Positions 27,472-40,789 of a stretch of DNA of 64,000 nt are shown here, in pieces (the stretch's first letter is position 1; each line of letters starts with the position of its first letter). The notes beneath the pieces are model-generated. The model was given only the letters and a program-made list of their open reading frames with translations, ran no database searches and was not told the origin of the DNA. This stretch comes from Octopus vulgaris (taxonomy: Eukaryota), in NCBI GenBank assembly GCA_951406725.2, contig OX597814.1:168206001-168270000 (forward strand), read 5' to 3'. A program made the translations under genes and the position numbers.

Positions 27472-30162
27472 GTAGGAGGATATAATATCAGAATTTTTGT
27501 TCCATTTTAGAAGTGATTTAGTAGATATGATTTTAATATATTTTAATATAAATTACCTTCAAGGAAATGTAACTGCTCTCCTGAAGATTTATGGCCTTGT
27601 GCTAATGTTGGAAACCATTGGGTGCAAGCATGGCTATGCAGTTTAAAAATTTGCTCTACAACTATGATGTTCTACATTGAATTCCATTGCATGACATCTT
27701 GAGCAAGAGTCTTCTACTATGGAACTTAGGCTAATCATTGAGTGAAATTTGGGAGACAGAAACTGTGCAGAAGCTTGTCATGCATGTGTGTATTTTCCTT
27801 TTACTTGTTTCAGTCATTTGACTAGTGCCATGCTGGAGCACCACCTTAAAGGGTTTTAGTCAAAGAAATTGACTCCAGGACTTATTCTTTGTAAGCCTAG
27901 TACTTATTCTATCAGTCTCTTTTGCCGAACTGCTAGGTTACAGGGATGCAAACACACCAACATCGGTTGTTGGACAAACACAGATACAAACATACAAACA
28001 CACACACACAGACACACGACAGGCTTCTTTCAGCTTCTGTCTACCAAATCCTCTCACAAGTCTTTGGTTGGCCTGAGGCTATAGTAGAAGACACTTGCGC
28101 AAGGTGCCATGTAGTGAGACTGAACCCAGAGCTATGTGACTGCCAAGAAATTGGTGCAGTCAACAAAATACTTTGTGATATATATTCTTTGTGACTTGCA
28201 TCCTTTGGTACCAAAAAGAACTTAGGCATTCAACAAATAGAGATTGATAAAGTATGTACAAAGTGCCGAGGAGGGGTAGGGGGAATATATAATAGATTAA
28301 CACTCCTGAATATGGCACTTGTAATATGCTCATAGTCCAGAAGACAAACCAATAAAAAAATTTACACATTGAAGGCAACCAGTCTTGGGAGATGTAGCAC
28401 TGAATAAAAACTGGGCTGGCAGCCCTGCTAATGTTTGTGGTATGAGAAACAAATTTGATTCTACACCATAAATTTGATTCTACACTCAATATTGAATCCA
28501 CCCAATCAGTAAATGTTCTGTTGCTTTAAAATCATAATCTCAATTTAACATTTATGAAAATCTCCATGTATAAATTTATACACCGAAATAGAAATAATAA
28601 ATTTATAAAAGTGGGATTTTCATAGGTCTTGCTAGTTATTATAATAAAATAAATGAATTTGCTTATCGTAAAAGTTGAAAATGATTTTAATTTTAATTTC
28701 TTTTTTGGACATGTGTGTGTGTATATCCATCTGCTAAATATTGTTTTGCTCAGTGCTTCCAGATACAAGCTATCCTTCTCTTCAATATTTATTTATAGAC
28801 AAGCTGCCTGGGTTATTCATGGTGAGTAATGTCCTGTGTCAATAACATAACACACAATGATGTGGTGACAAGACCTGGATTATTAATCATTTAGTGATAG
28901 AAAATGAACTGTAAATACCTTCTTATAATAAACAGTGCGAAAATATTTTTAAGGAACTGTGCTGAGCTCCTAGACACAGGTTTACAGCAGTTACCATTCT
29001 TAGAAGTTCTGGAACTTATTCCCAGTAGCTTGGTAAACTAAAGACGCATAAATTTACAATACTGCATAATTGGGTGAAATTTGATGAAAATTAAACTGCT
29101 TTTCTAGCAGATTGAATGACTGCATGCATACAAGCTACGTTGATGGTTTGAGACAGTGCTACTTTAATTTTTTTCCTCATGTTGGTCAGCTAACAGTTAT
29201 AAAGGAGACATGGTTTTGATATTGTGAAGAAAATCAAACTTTGTTGGGTAATAGAGGAAAGAAAGACAGCTCCATCATTATCTATTTTTTTACTACCCAC
29301 AAGGGGCTAAACACAGAGGGGACAAACAAGGACAGACACACGGATTAAGTCGATTACATTGACCCCAGTGTGTAACTGGCACTTATTTAATCGACCCTGA
29401 AAGGATGAAAGGCAAAGTCGATCTTGGCGGAATTTGAACTCAGAACGTAATGGCAGACGAAATACAGCTACACATTTCGCCCGGCGTGCTAACGGTTCTG
29501 CCAGCTCACTGCTTTACAGCTCCATCGTTATCATCAGTTTATATTACATTGATGCTGTGACCAAGGAATTGTTGAGTTGGCAACAGAGATGTCATCTTTT
29601 GTGTGGTAGTCAAATGCATTTCATTCCAAATGAGTTCATTTCTCTCCAACCTATTGGCTTATTAAATACATTGAACTGACTTAGCTGGAAATTGAACCTA
29701 CATTCCAAGTCTTGCTCTACATGAACTTTACACTGCCCTATGACTCTCAAACAAGCTTATCATAACAGTAAGTTACTTGTGAAAACTTTGTTTTATTAGG
29801 TGATGACAGTTGCAGCATTCATTACTTTCCAATGTTATTAACCTGTGCCAGTTTGCTTTCCTGACATAGTTTTTCAAAATCGTTCTCAATTATGTTGGTT
29901 AAATATTCTAGTTTATTTTTATTATGAAACATAAGCAGCAGGTAACATGTCAGTTGAGACTGTACTACACTTTCACCCATATACCCAGAAACATGACAAC
30001 TAATGTTGTGATAACAATTAATCACAATAGCCTTTTTATAGTTATATGTAGTTTAAATACCTCTTGATACAATGTGACTTTGATTTGCTTATTGCTTGTT
30101 GCTGTATTTGTTACTTCCCCTCCCATGGTGTTTTAATCATTTGAAAATCAAACTTGTTTTAA

Positions 30163-30383
30163 CCCTTTCGTTACCATATTTCTTTTGAGATGCTCTGTGT
30201 TTCTTTTAATTAATTTTAAATATAACAAAGAATTTAGTAAAATAACTTCATTATCATTCAGCTAGTGTTAGGAACATAAATTGTGACTAAGGTTTGGTGG
30301 AAGATTTTAATTCAAAACTTATGAAAACAAGACATTTGTACTCAGAGCCAGAGGCAGTTTCAGCCTGGTTGGTAACAAAAGGG
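30163..30383. mobile_element. piggyBac-type MITE
   Basis: TTAA-CCCTTTCGTTACCA...TGGTAACAAAAGGG-TTAA. Confidence 0.88.
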
Positions 30384-30892
30384 TTAAACGTTGGTTCAGA
30401 ATCTTGTCATTTTGTTGTGTAAAATATTCTATGAAAACAACCATGCTTTAATCACAATTTTTACACTTGGTTAACCAACTGATAAAATGTTCAAATATGT
30501 CACACCTGTTTGATTGGGTTCAATAACCCATAACTAAAAGAATGAGATTCTCAAGGACTCTTGATTTAGTAACAGAAAGTTGGTGGGAAGAAGATTGGCT
30601 TAAATCATCTACAGATTTTCGTTGCAGATTGTTCTCTAATAACAAGCAAGAGACATCTGCTGTTACTATTTCACTCTGTCTCTTTCTTTCTCTATCTATG
30701 TATGTATGTGTGTGCGTGTGTATGGATGGATGGATGCATGCATGCATGATGACAAATTTTTCTGCTCTTAAAAGGATTATATCCTCTATATATACTGTTC
30801 AGTATTTACGTGTTGGAAAAATGTTTCTACTTGTTCTACTATATATGTATGTATATGTTTATATATATGTGTATGTCTACATATATATATAT

Positions 30893-31180
30893 GTGGAGGC
30901 ACATGGCCTAGTGGTTAGAGCAGCAAACTCGCGGTTGAGGGATCATGGGTTCGAATCTCAGACCGAGTGATGTGTGTGTTTATGAGTGAAACACCTAAGC
31001 TCCATGCGGCTCTGGCAGAAGGTAATGGTGAACTTCTGTTGACTCTTTCGCCACAACTTCCTCTTACACTTTCTTCCTGCATCTTGCAGCTCACCTGCGA
31101 TGGACCGGCATCCCATCCAGGTGGCGAATCCTATACGCCAAGGAAACCGGAAACAGGCGTGGCTCAAGAAGGAACAAACA
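30893..31180 (+). mobile_element. tRNA(Arg-like)-derived SINE with V-domain-like segment
   Basis: TGGCCTAGTGGTTAGAGC...CTCGC...GGTTCGAATCTC head; CCTGCGATGGACCGGCATCCCATCCAGG segment. A related decayed copy lies at 3870-4115(-). Confidence 0.8.
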
Positions 31181-31304
31181 TACATATATGTGTATATGTA
31201 TGTATGCGTGTATGTATGTGTATATATATATATATGTATGCGTGTATGTATGTGTATATATATGTATGTATGTGTATATGTATGTGTGTATGTATATATA
31301 TATA

Positions 31305-31753
31305 TTTCACAAGCAAAGGGGGTTGGCATGGGTGTCCGACCATACGACAGGCACCCATGCCAACCCCCTTTGCTTGTGAAAACATGTTGGGGCAAGCGAA
31401 ATCGAAATCGAATAGAACCAGCCAGGATCCCTGGTCTGGTGGTACGTAAAAAGCACTATCCGACTCGTGGCCGATGCCAGCACCGCCTCGACTGGCTTCC
31501 GTGCCGGTGGCACATTAAAATACACCAATCCGACCGTGGCCGTTGCCAGCCTCGCCTGGCACCTTTGCAGGTGGCACGTAAAAAGCACCCACTACACTCA
31601 CGGAGTGGTTGGCGTTAGGAAGGGCATCCAGCTGTAGAAACATTGCCAGATTAGACTGGAGCCTGTTGCAGCTTTCTGGCTTCCCAGAACCCCGGTCGAA
31701 CCGTCCAACCCATGCTAGCATGGAGAACGGACATTAAACGATGATGATGATGA
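31305..31753 (+). mobile_element. RTE 3' UTR copy with 5' fold-back and internal ~64-bp tandem units
   Basis: 30-bp inverted repeat 31305-31334/31352-31381; repeated GTAAAAAGCAC..CCGA..TGGCCG.TGCCAGC units; (GAT)n tail. Confidence 0.85.
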
Positions 31754-32078
31754 TATATTAGGTAGATAGATATAACATGTCATATAATAGATAGATTCCT
31801 TTTTCAAATTCAGAGGTATAAAAACCTGTTGCTTCAGTAATGTTGATGACAGTCACCAACTGCTAAAATTTCTCAACATTAAGCACATTCTGAATTTTTC
31901 TTTTTCATATCTACATTCCATTTCACATTGATTTCATGTTGTACATTTTTTAAAATGCAACCAGATAAAACCTACAAAAATTTACATTTTTATTACTTAG
32001 TGTTTGTTTATTTTTCTATCGTAATCATATATGTCATACCCTATAAGTAAAATGTTCTTCTTCTACTTGGACTTGTAG

Positions 32079-32210
32079 CAAATTAAAGATCTCACCTCTA
32101 ACACATACTACAAATTAGACTTGGACAGTGATATACCGGCCAATGTGTTGTTTGCAAATGGTGCAATGATCCATCGTAGCCGAGACGAAATGGGAACCAC
32201 CAACTGCAGT
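32079..32210 (+). CDS. DDAH: DDAH-family gene, internal coding exon
   Basis: ttgtag|...|gtaaat; 132 nt, phase 0/0; QIKDLTSNTYYKLDLDSDIPANVLFANGAMIHRSRDEMGTTNCS, cf. DDAH1 YDKLTVPDDIAANCIYLN...LLHRTPEE. Confidence 0.9.
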
Positions 32211-32463
32211 GTAAATATCACTTTTATTTTCACATTTATAGTTCTCCATAATTTTGTGCATAAATAAATATACGTCCTTCAATTGCAAGTGGAAAGGGAT
32301 GAGTTAGATGTTTTTCATTAAAATGGATGAAAGCGCTAATATATGATATATGATGTATAAAAACATATAATATACAAATAAATATCTGTAAATATAAAAC
32401 CATCCGAATTTCTGAGTACCTCATTTCTTCTAATATAAAATACCTGTACATTATCTCCAAACC

Positions 32464-32520
<57 letters not shown>

Positions 32521-33409
32521 CACACCACACACCACACCACACACACACACACACACGTGTATGTGTGAATGTTTGGTTGTAAAAATTGGAGAAAAGTATT
32601 AATTCAAAGCTGATGATGGAATCAATTACTTGAACATTTGGTCCAAATGATGTTCCTTGATCAGATTCACAAAAGCAGGCAATTTGAATTAGTGGTGGAG
32701 TGAATCTCCAACTTCAAATGATTTGTGTGTGTGTGCATGCATCATTTATATTTTAGTTGCTTCAGTCATTAGACCACAGCCATGGAGCAATTCTTGAGGA
32801 ATTTTAATTGAATGAATCAACTTCAGTACTAATTTTTTTTTTAAGCCTGGTACGTAATCTTTTGGTCTCTTTTGCCAAACCACTAAATAATGGGGACATA
32901 AGCACACCAACACCAGTTGTCAAGTGGTGGTAGGGAACAAAAACAGACAACAACACATGTACACACACATAGATGACAGGCTTCTTTCAGTTTCCATCTG
33001 CCAAATCTACTCACAAGGCTTTGGTCAGCTTGAAATTGTAGTAGAAGATGCTTGTTCAAGGTGCCATGCAGTGGGACTGAGCCCAGAACCTTGTGGTTGG
33101 GAAGCAGCCTTCTTACCACATAACCACACCTGCATGTGCAAAATTTAAAACTAGTATGAATATATATTTCTTTATTGCCAACAAGGGGTTAAACATAGAG
33201 GGGACAAACAAAGACAGATAAAGGGATTAAGTCAATTACGTCGACCCCAGTGTGTAACAGGTACTTTATTTATTGACCCCGAAAGGATGAAAGGCAAAGT
33301 CGACCTCGGTGGAATTTGAACTCAGAATGTAACGGCAGGCGAAATACAGCTACGCATTTCGTCCGGCATGCTAATGATTCTGCCAGCTCGCCGCCTTAAC
33401 TAGTATATA

Positions 33410-33843
33410 ATAATAATAATAATAATGAAATTATTGTATACAGTGCTCAGGTGCACCACAACTTGTCAGAGTATATGCAGTAATGTACAAATGTCTGGAA
33501 AGCGAACAATGCATGAGTCAGATACATGCTTGTGTGTGTATGGAGGGAGAAAATCAGGTGTAGTGTTGGCGAATCTCAGAAAGCATGGAAGTTTTGAAGG
33601 ATGCAGTGCTCCGACAACTAACAACTGATGCCGGCAGTTTGTTCCATGCTTCAGCAACTCTCAGCGTGGAAAAATGTTTCCTAAAGTGCTGTTTTCTGAC
33701 TTTGTAAATATGTCCACGGGTGTTAGATGGGTGGAGTTTGAAAAGGTGCTCAGAGTTATTGTTTGTACGATGGTTGATAATTTTATGGGTGTCTGCCAAG
33801 TCAGCTGCCAGACATCGGAGTTTCAATGTGTCCATGCCCAGTG
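33410..33843 (-). mobile_element. CR1-like LINE 3' end (same family)
   Basis: LGMDTLKLR...TRGHIYKVRK...WNKLP; (TAT)n tail. Confidence 0.9.
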
Positions 33844-34576
33844 ACTGCATTGTAGACCTGCATGCAAGTGGATAATTATATTTGTAAGTATTCTATGATC
33901 TGAATAGGTATAATGAGGTTGTGTAGCAAATAAAATCAAAATGACATACAACTAAAAAACAGAAAAAATCATTTTTGAGAATGTTTTACCCTGATCAACA
34001 TCAATGAAAGAAATAATGTTGGAGAAATTACAATTACAGATCTTGGCTTTTGGTTAGATACAAGAGCAGATGTTCTATTTTTTTTAAGGCAAATTGGATT
34101 TAGAGAAATGAGTTTATTACTAGTATTTTATTTTTTTTAACTTGTTAGAAATAAATGAATTTGGGATGTTTGTACATATTTTCTCTCATGGAGCACATCA
34201 GTGGTCTGAGAAGGGAGACAACCACCAGTTACAATGTTAGACCCCCCCCCATTTTGATTGTATTTTAGTCAAACACTCCTGATGTATTTAAAATTGTTTA
34301 ACACCAAGAAAGATCTTATCGTGAAGTTGCTGTACTCGATGTGCTATTGACATTTAAGGAATTTGGATCCTTCATATGCAAAAGATTCAAGTTGGTAGGA
34401 GCTGTATATATTGTATATATTGACTTAAAAGCCATTTTTTGATATTTTATATATATTTATATAAAGTTGAATAAATAATATTATTTTATAAGTAAATGTT
34501 TTGGTCAGTGTAGTGGTTATTATTTATATGCATTCTTAGAAACTTGAATAATTTTCATAAATTTTTTTTATTTCAG

Positions 34577-34774
34577 ATCTTAGATGAGAAGATTGGGTAT
34601 GACCGGGACGAGGTAGAACTGCGAGAATTTGACAAGCTAAACCGTACCTTAAGTAGCCTGTGTCTGTTTATCAACAGAACCAAGACTACCCGACAGATCA
34701 TGTCGGATATCAATGATGAAGATATCAACAGCTATTCTACGTTGACCAGAAAAGGCAAGGATTATTACAAATAG
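34577..34774 (+). CDS. DDAH: DDAH-family gene, terminal coding exon
   Basis: tttcag|ATC...TAG; ILDEKIGYDRDEVELREFDKLNRTLSSLCLFINRTKTTRQIMSDINDEDINSYSTLTRKGKDYYK*, aligning to DDAH1 ELEKVDGLLTCCSVLINK. Confidence 0.92.
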   Translation: MLDEKIGYDRDEVELREFDKLNRTLSSLCLFINRTKTTRQIMSDINDEDINSYSTLTRKGKDYYK

Positions 34775-35412
34775 TCTGCCATTAAGCTATCTCTTTCTTA
34801 TTGTTTTGTCGATTTTCCTTTTTAAACTCCGAGTAAAAATTTTTTGGTTGAGTGGAGACTATATTTTTTTTAATTTTCCTTTTTTTAACTCCCCATTTTG
34901 CTGCTCTAGCTTAATTATCATCCATAAATTTAAGCTAATTTGGAGACTTCAGTGACAAATGCAAACACTTAAACACACTAATGATCATAGTTACAAGACA
35001 ATAAGTTCCAAGAAGAGATAACAGTTTCGTTGTAAGTTGTTAGCATTAATACATCAGTATGATTTTAAAGAAACCATGAGGAAATGAAATGCTAACGAAA
35101 ATATACCCATTAATATAGGATTTTGGTGAAACTTCATTCCAGCTTCTTTATTTCGGTTCATTTCATATTTTATGTACTCTAAAAGTACGTGATGAAATTA
35201 AATCTTTTTTTTTTTTTTGCCCACTCTTCTTTCCATACCGATTCCATACTGCTGTTGTAGTTTTTATAACAAAGCCAGCATTTATTTTAACCTTCAACGA
35301 TGTTTTAAAATATTATTAATCGAGTTTTTCAATATATGCCAACTGGTTTTTTTAATAATATTTTATTTATCTTCTAATATGATTTTGTTAAAACTGCTTT
35401 GATGTAGATGTA

Positions 35413-35464
35413 AATAAAAGATTTCTATCCTTCATCAGATTTGTTTTAAAGATGAGATAATAAA
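35413..35464 (+). terminator. Candidate polyadenylation signals of the DDAH gene
   Basis: AATAAA at 35413 and 35459, at the end of about 650 nt of unique T-rich sequence after the stop, followed by GT/T-rich sequence. Confidence 0.45.
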
Positions 35465-35566
35465 AAGATATATTTCAAATGTTTGTTTTTCTGAATTATT
35501 TCTTTTTAACTTATCCTATCTTCATCTGTAAATTGTATATGAAAAATGAACTCTGGGTGGAAAAAT

Positions 35567-36430
35567 ACAGGGTGTTTTGGCTAAATTTGACAGTTTGCAT
35601 AAAAGGAAACAAAAACACAATATTCCATCCAAAAGTAATAATATATTTTTTAAAAATCAAAAAATATCAACTAGATTATGGCTGGGAGATAGGTTTACTT
35701 GAAGTAGCCATCCTCCTAGCAGCTCCAGAATCTGGCACATGCATTCTTCAGTGTCCCTGGGAAGATCTTTGAACACTTCTGATCTTGTTCACCAGCTCAG
35801 CCTTAGTGTTTTAGGCAGAGTGGTTGGTGTCTTTCTCAACAACGCCCCATGCATAATAATTTGAGATTACAATTGGGGGAAATTAGGAGGCCAGAAATTG
35901 GGGCTGGTGAAGTTGTAGAAATTCTCTGACAACCACTTCTCTTTCTGGAGTTGTAGCAAGGAGCCAGAATCTGCTGTTACACAAATGGTCTTCCAGCAAC
36001 AACCTTCTATACAGTCTCTTGCAGCTTCACATGGCTGTCTGAATTGAATAAAATAATAATGAAATTATTGTATACAGTGCTTAGGTGCACCACAACTTGT
36101 CAAAAGTGCGTATAAAGCATATGCAGTAATGTAGAAATGTCTGGAAAGTGAACAGTGTATGAGTCAGATACATGCTTGCGTGTGTATGGAGGGGAGAAAA
36201 TCAGGTGTAGTGTTGGCGTATCTCAGGAAGCATGGAAGTTTTGAAAGATGCAGTGCTCTGACAACTAACAACTGATGCCGGCAGTTTGTTCCATGCTTCA
36301 GCAACTCTTAGTGTGAAAAAATGTTTCCTAAAGTCATGGGAGCTGTACAGGCTCCCACATTGTCTGTTCAAAGATGTGAGGTGGCACGACATCACTCTCA
36401 CTGAAAACACACCCAAAGACCATCACTGTT
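35567..36430 (-). mobile_element. Tc1/mariner-superfamily transposase relic (maT/DD37D-like)
   Basis: Minus strand gives VMKTKFPRTVMVFGCV..DVVPPHIF and WLSENF..FTSPNFWPPN..YYAWGVVE; terminus taCAGGGTG at 35567. Confidence 0.75.
36052..36347 (-). mobile_element. CR1-like LINE 3' end (same family), inserted into a maT relic
   Basis: SHDFRKHFFTLRVAEAWNKLP plus the same 3' UTR. Confidence 0.9.
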
Positions 36431-36667
36431 CGGGGGAACTTGGTTTTCATGACTTCCATTTCACGTCATACAGCCTTAACAGTGTTCTCAGCATTGAGCA
36501 GCATTCATGATGTTGGCATTTTGACAACCAGTGCAAATCATCATGATACAGGTAACTCTTATCCAATATTCAGATCACTTCTAGTCCTCTGTGTGAGCTA
36601 ACATTTTCTCAACTACAACTTTAATCTTTATTTGACACCATTGACTGCTCACCAATACATTGAAATA

Positions 36668-37117
36668 CATTGGATACATTGAAACTCTGACGTCTGGCAG
36701 CTGACTTGGCAGACACCCATAAAATTATTAACCATCTTACTAACAATAGCTTTGAGCACCTTCTCAAACTCTACCTGTCTAACACCCATGGACATATTTA
36801 CAAAGTCAGAAAACAGCACACCTCCCATGACTTTCAGAAACATTTTTTCACTCAAAGAGTTGCTGAAGTATGGAACAAACTGCCGGCATCAGTTGTTAGT
36901 TGTCGGAGCACTGCATCCTTCAAAACTTCCATGTTTCCTGAGATTTGCCAACACTACACCAGATTTTCTCCCCTCCATGCACACGCAAGTATGTATTTGA
37001 CTCATACACTGTTCACTTTCCAGACATTTGTACATTACTGCATATGCTTTATATGCACTTTTGACAAGTTGTGGTGCACCTGAGCACTGTATCCAGTAAT
37101 TTCATTATTATTATTAT
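36668..37117 (+). mobile_element. CR1-like LINE 3' end (same family)
   Basis: Same ORF C-terminus and 3' UTR. Confidence 0.9.
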
Positions 37118-37599
37118 CAAACTACTCTTGAAAAAAGGAAACATAAAAAATTGTCAAATTTAATGTGAACACCCTGTTTGATGTGATGACTTTTTATGTC
37201 ATAACTACCACATAAAGGTGGTGCTCCAGCATGGCCACAGTCAAATGACTGAAACAAGTAAAAGAGTATATATATATATTTGTCTGTATTGGTGCCTACA
37301 TAACTAACATCTCTATAGCCAATACAAATGATTTCAAATTTTGGCACAAGGCCAGCAGTTTAGGGGGAAGGGGTAAGTTGATTACATCATCCCCCAGTGC
37401 TCAACTGGTACTTATTTTTACTGACCCTGAAAAGATGAAAGGCAAAGTTGACCTTGGCAGAATTTGAGCTCAGAACATGAAGACAGATGATATGCTGCTG
37501 AGCATTTTGCCCAGCATGCTAACAATTCTGCTGACTTGTGACCTTATAGCCATTACAAATGATAAGTCAATGTGGGAACCTGTACAGAGTCACTCAACC

Positions 37600-37889
37600 T
37601 GCTTAGATATAGCAACCATCTGATTATCATTTATTTTGCAGTCTTCAAAATCATTTGGACAGAAAAAAATATGAAGTGTGTAGATGAGGTCAGAAGAGTA
37701 CTGGAGGAGTATTTTTCGTCACAGACAAGTGAATTTTGGAAGAGAGGCCTTGCAAGTCAACCAGATAGACAGAAGAGCATTGTAGAAAATGAAGGAGAGT
37801 ATATCTTAGATTAAAAAATTAGATTATTTTAATTTTGAAAAATAAAAGAAGTATAAAAAAACCCACATTATTTATAGGATGACCCAATA
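37600..37889 (+). mobile_element. Mariner transposase C-terminal relic with right TIR
   Basis: ..SDYHLF.SLQNHL.. then EFWKRGL..PDR..IVENEGEYI; ends ..GATGACCCAAta. Confidence 0.8.
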
Positions 37890-40789
37890 TATATGATGGG
37901 CTTCTTTTAGTTTCTGTCTACCAAATCCAATCAGAAGGTTTTGGTCAGCTCAAGGCTATAGTAGAAGACACTTGCCCAAGGTGCCATGCAGTGGGACTGA
38001 ACTCAGGTTGGGAAGCAAACTTTTTACCACATAGCCTTGCCTGTGCATACTTTTTTTTTTTTCACTTCAGAAGGAGGAAAAGCAAAGTTGATCTCATTGA
38101 GATTTGAACACAGTATGTAAAGAACCAGAACAAATACTGCAAGGTATTTTCTCTGATGCTCTAATAACTTTTACCAATCCAATACTCTTCTTGGACTATA
38201 AACAAGGGAACAATTAACTTTATCTAAAATTATCTCAATACTGACATCATAAATCATGGAAGAGTCATCACCTGTATACTTCATGTTTTGTCACACCCAT
38301 CTTGGATAGTAGATTCTTATTCAAAATACATATCTGTGCTCTTTCTGAAGATGCTGTCTGTTGCATATCACTGATAGTGTCATTGATGTCAGCCCACTGC
38401 CAGTGAAACTTCTGTCTTACTAACCAGATGGTTTTTCTAACCATCTGAGGCTGTGTTGCTAAGGATTCTGCGTGTATGTTAGATTAATGAATCAATAACA
38501 GTTGTTAGTCATAGAGAAGTGCTATCACTGCATTTAGTTTCTATTCAATCATTTTAGAGTCTTTGAAATAAATGCATTACAAAGAATCTTAGTGATCAAA
38601 TAACAAGATTTTGTGAAAACTTAAATGGTTTGAAACATAACAAAAGTTCTACATATAGGTAAAGAAACTAGCAGAAGTGGAGGACTTGGGCCTACTCTGT
38701 TGAATACAACACAGGAGAAAGAGATTCTGGTTGGATAGGGGCTGAAAGAGACACACTAGACAAGGCCTTGTCTAGCACAGACTAGACAAGGCTGATGAGA
38801 TTATAATGGTGGCTCCTGGTGTAGTAATTTTATATCACCATTGAGGAAAAAGTAAAAAAGATGGTGAAGATTGAAAGGGTTCTGTTGGTCACCTGATTTA
38901 CCAAGTTGCATGAATGGTTTATAAAGATCCTACTTTCTAATCCAATATCAATTTCAAATTTTGGTGCAATGCCAGTAATTTCGAGGGAGGTATCAAATCA
39001 ATTACATTGACAGTACTTATTTTATTGACCCCCAAAAGGATGAAATGCACAGTTGACATTAGCGGAATTAAGGATGGACGAAATGCTACTAAGCATTTTA
39101 TTCAGCATGCTTACAGTTCTACCAGCTTGCCACCTTAAAGAAATGTCACTAAACATTTTGTCATGTGCGCTAACAATTCCGCCAGCTTGCTAACCAGCCA
39201 CATGGTTCTGGGTTCAGTCCCACTGCGTGGCATCTTGGGCAAATGTCTTCTACTATAGCCCCGGGCCGACCAATGCCTTGTGAGTGGATTTGGTAGACGG
39301 AAACTGAAAGAAGCCTGTCGTATATATGTATATATATATATATATATGTATGTGTATGTATATGTTTGTGTGTCTGTGTTTGTCCCTCTAGCATTGCTTG
39401 ACAACCGATGCTGGTGTGTTTACGTCCCCGTCACTTAGCGGTTCGGCAAAAGAGACCGATAGAATAAGTACTGGGCTTACAAAGAATAAGTCCCGGGGTT
39501 GATTTGCTCGACTAAAGGCGGTGCTCCAGCATGGCCGCAGTCAAATGACTGAAACAAGTAAAAGAGAGAGAACAATTTACCTTCTTGATCTCCTTGATAT
39601 AATGGCTAAATCTCCAAACCAACTTGTAAAGAGAGTGAAATAATGGATTATGTAATTCTAGATACACTATGTCCAAGTGAATGTTGGAATGATTTTGGCT
39701 TGGAAAGCCTTTGATCATAAGTCTGCACAATTAGCCATCCAAAGCTAAACAACACCAACATATTTGTTACTTCTTACATTTACAGAAGAGCAAAGACTAT
39801 AAAGATTTATATAAGAAAGATATGTAAAGTATCAACGCTCTCACTCTTGAGATGAAAATCAAAATTAATCCCAGTGGAATTTGAAACCAGAATGCAAAGA
39901 ACTGTATCTAGAATATCATAGAATATTTTGCCCAGTGCTCTGCTGATTCTGTTATTCACTGTTTCCTCAACATCGTATTTTAGAGCTAAATGCTGAGAAT
40001 GTTGCAGTTTTAACTACCAATGGAAATGATATGTAGTCAGACAGCCTATTAGAAACAACAACCAAAGTTTCTTCAAATCACACCCTACCATAGTTAAAAA
40101 TAACAGATCATTGGATAAGATGGTTCTTGAAACAGTCAGTGGTTAAAAAAACAACAAAAAACAAAAACAGAAAGTCAGTCACAGCTGGAATGACGTCGAT
40201 GATGGACGAAGACACACGGCTGTGCAATTAAGCATGCTCTACAACCAAGCAGTACTAGGTTTAATTACAGTGCTTGTCTTCTACTGACCTTGGGTTGACC
40301 AATATTTTGTGAGCGAAGTTCGATGGATGGAAATTGCAAAAGCCTTGTGTATCTTCTTCAATGAAGAGCCTTGCAACGTTTGTTCTCCACTGAGCTGCTG
40401 TTACTCCCTTGTCACCCTTGCTGTCAGAAATGCAGCAAAGTCGTTGGCTGGTTGGAAACCTGTAACCAAAGACGCTTTGTTCACCAATTGCGATATAAAA
40501 TAGATAAATAGGTTTTCTTGACCGAGGCTGAGCTGGGGTTAAAGAGCAACTACTAAGCTGTTACTTTAACAACTCGATTTTATTCGGGATTTGGTCATCT
40601 TCACATTTGCTCAACAAATGACATTCGATTTTTTGATTAAAAAAGAAAATAAATTATACTAAGGGACATAATTACGAAGTGACGATTACATTGATCAAAG
40701 GGAGACAACTTTGGATTCTTTATTTTCGACGTAAAAAATTTTTGAGATGTAGTTAAAATCTTAATTCAACTCGGATCGAGAGAAGTCTA

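Noticed and set aside
30893-30965. tRNA-Arg gene
   Set aside because: The acceptor and anticodon stems are broken and it continues into a SINE body; it is a SINE head.
35405-35445. Minus-strand CTGATGA..GAAA hammerhead
   Set aside because: No stem I or stem II pairing.
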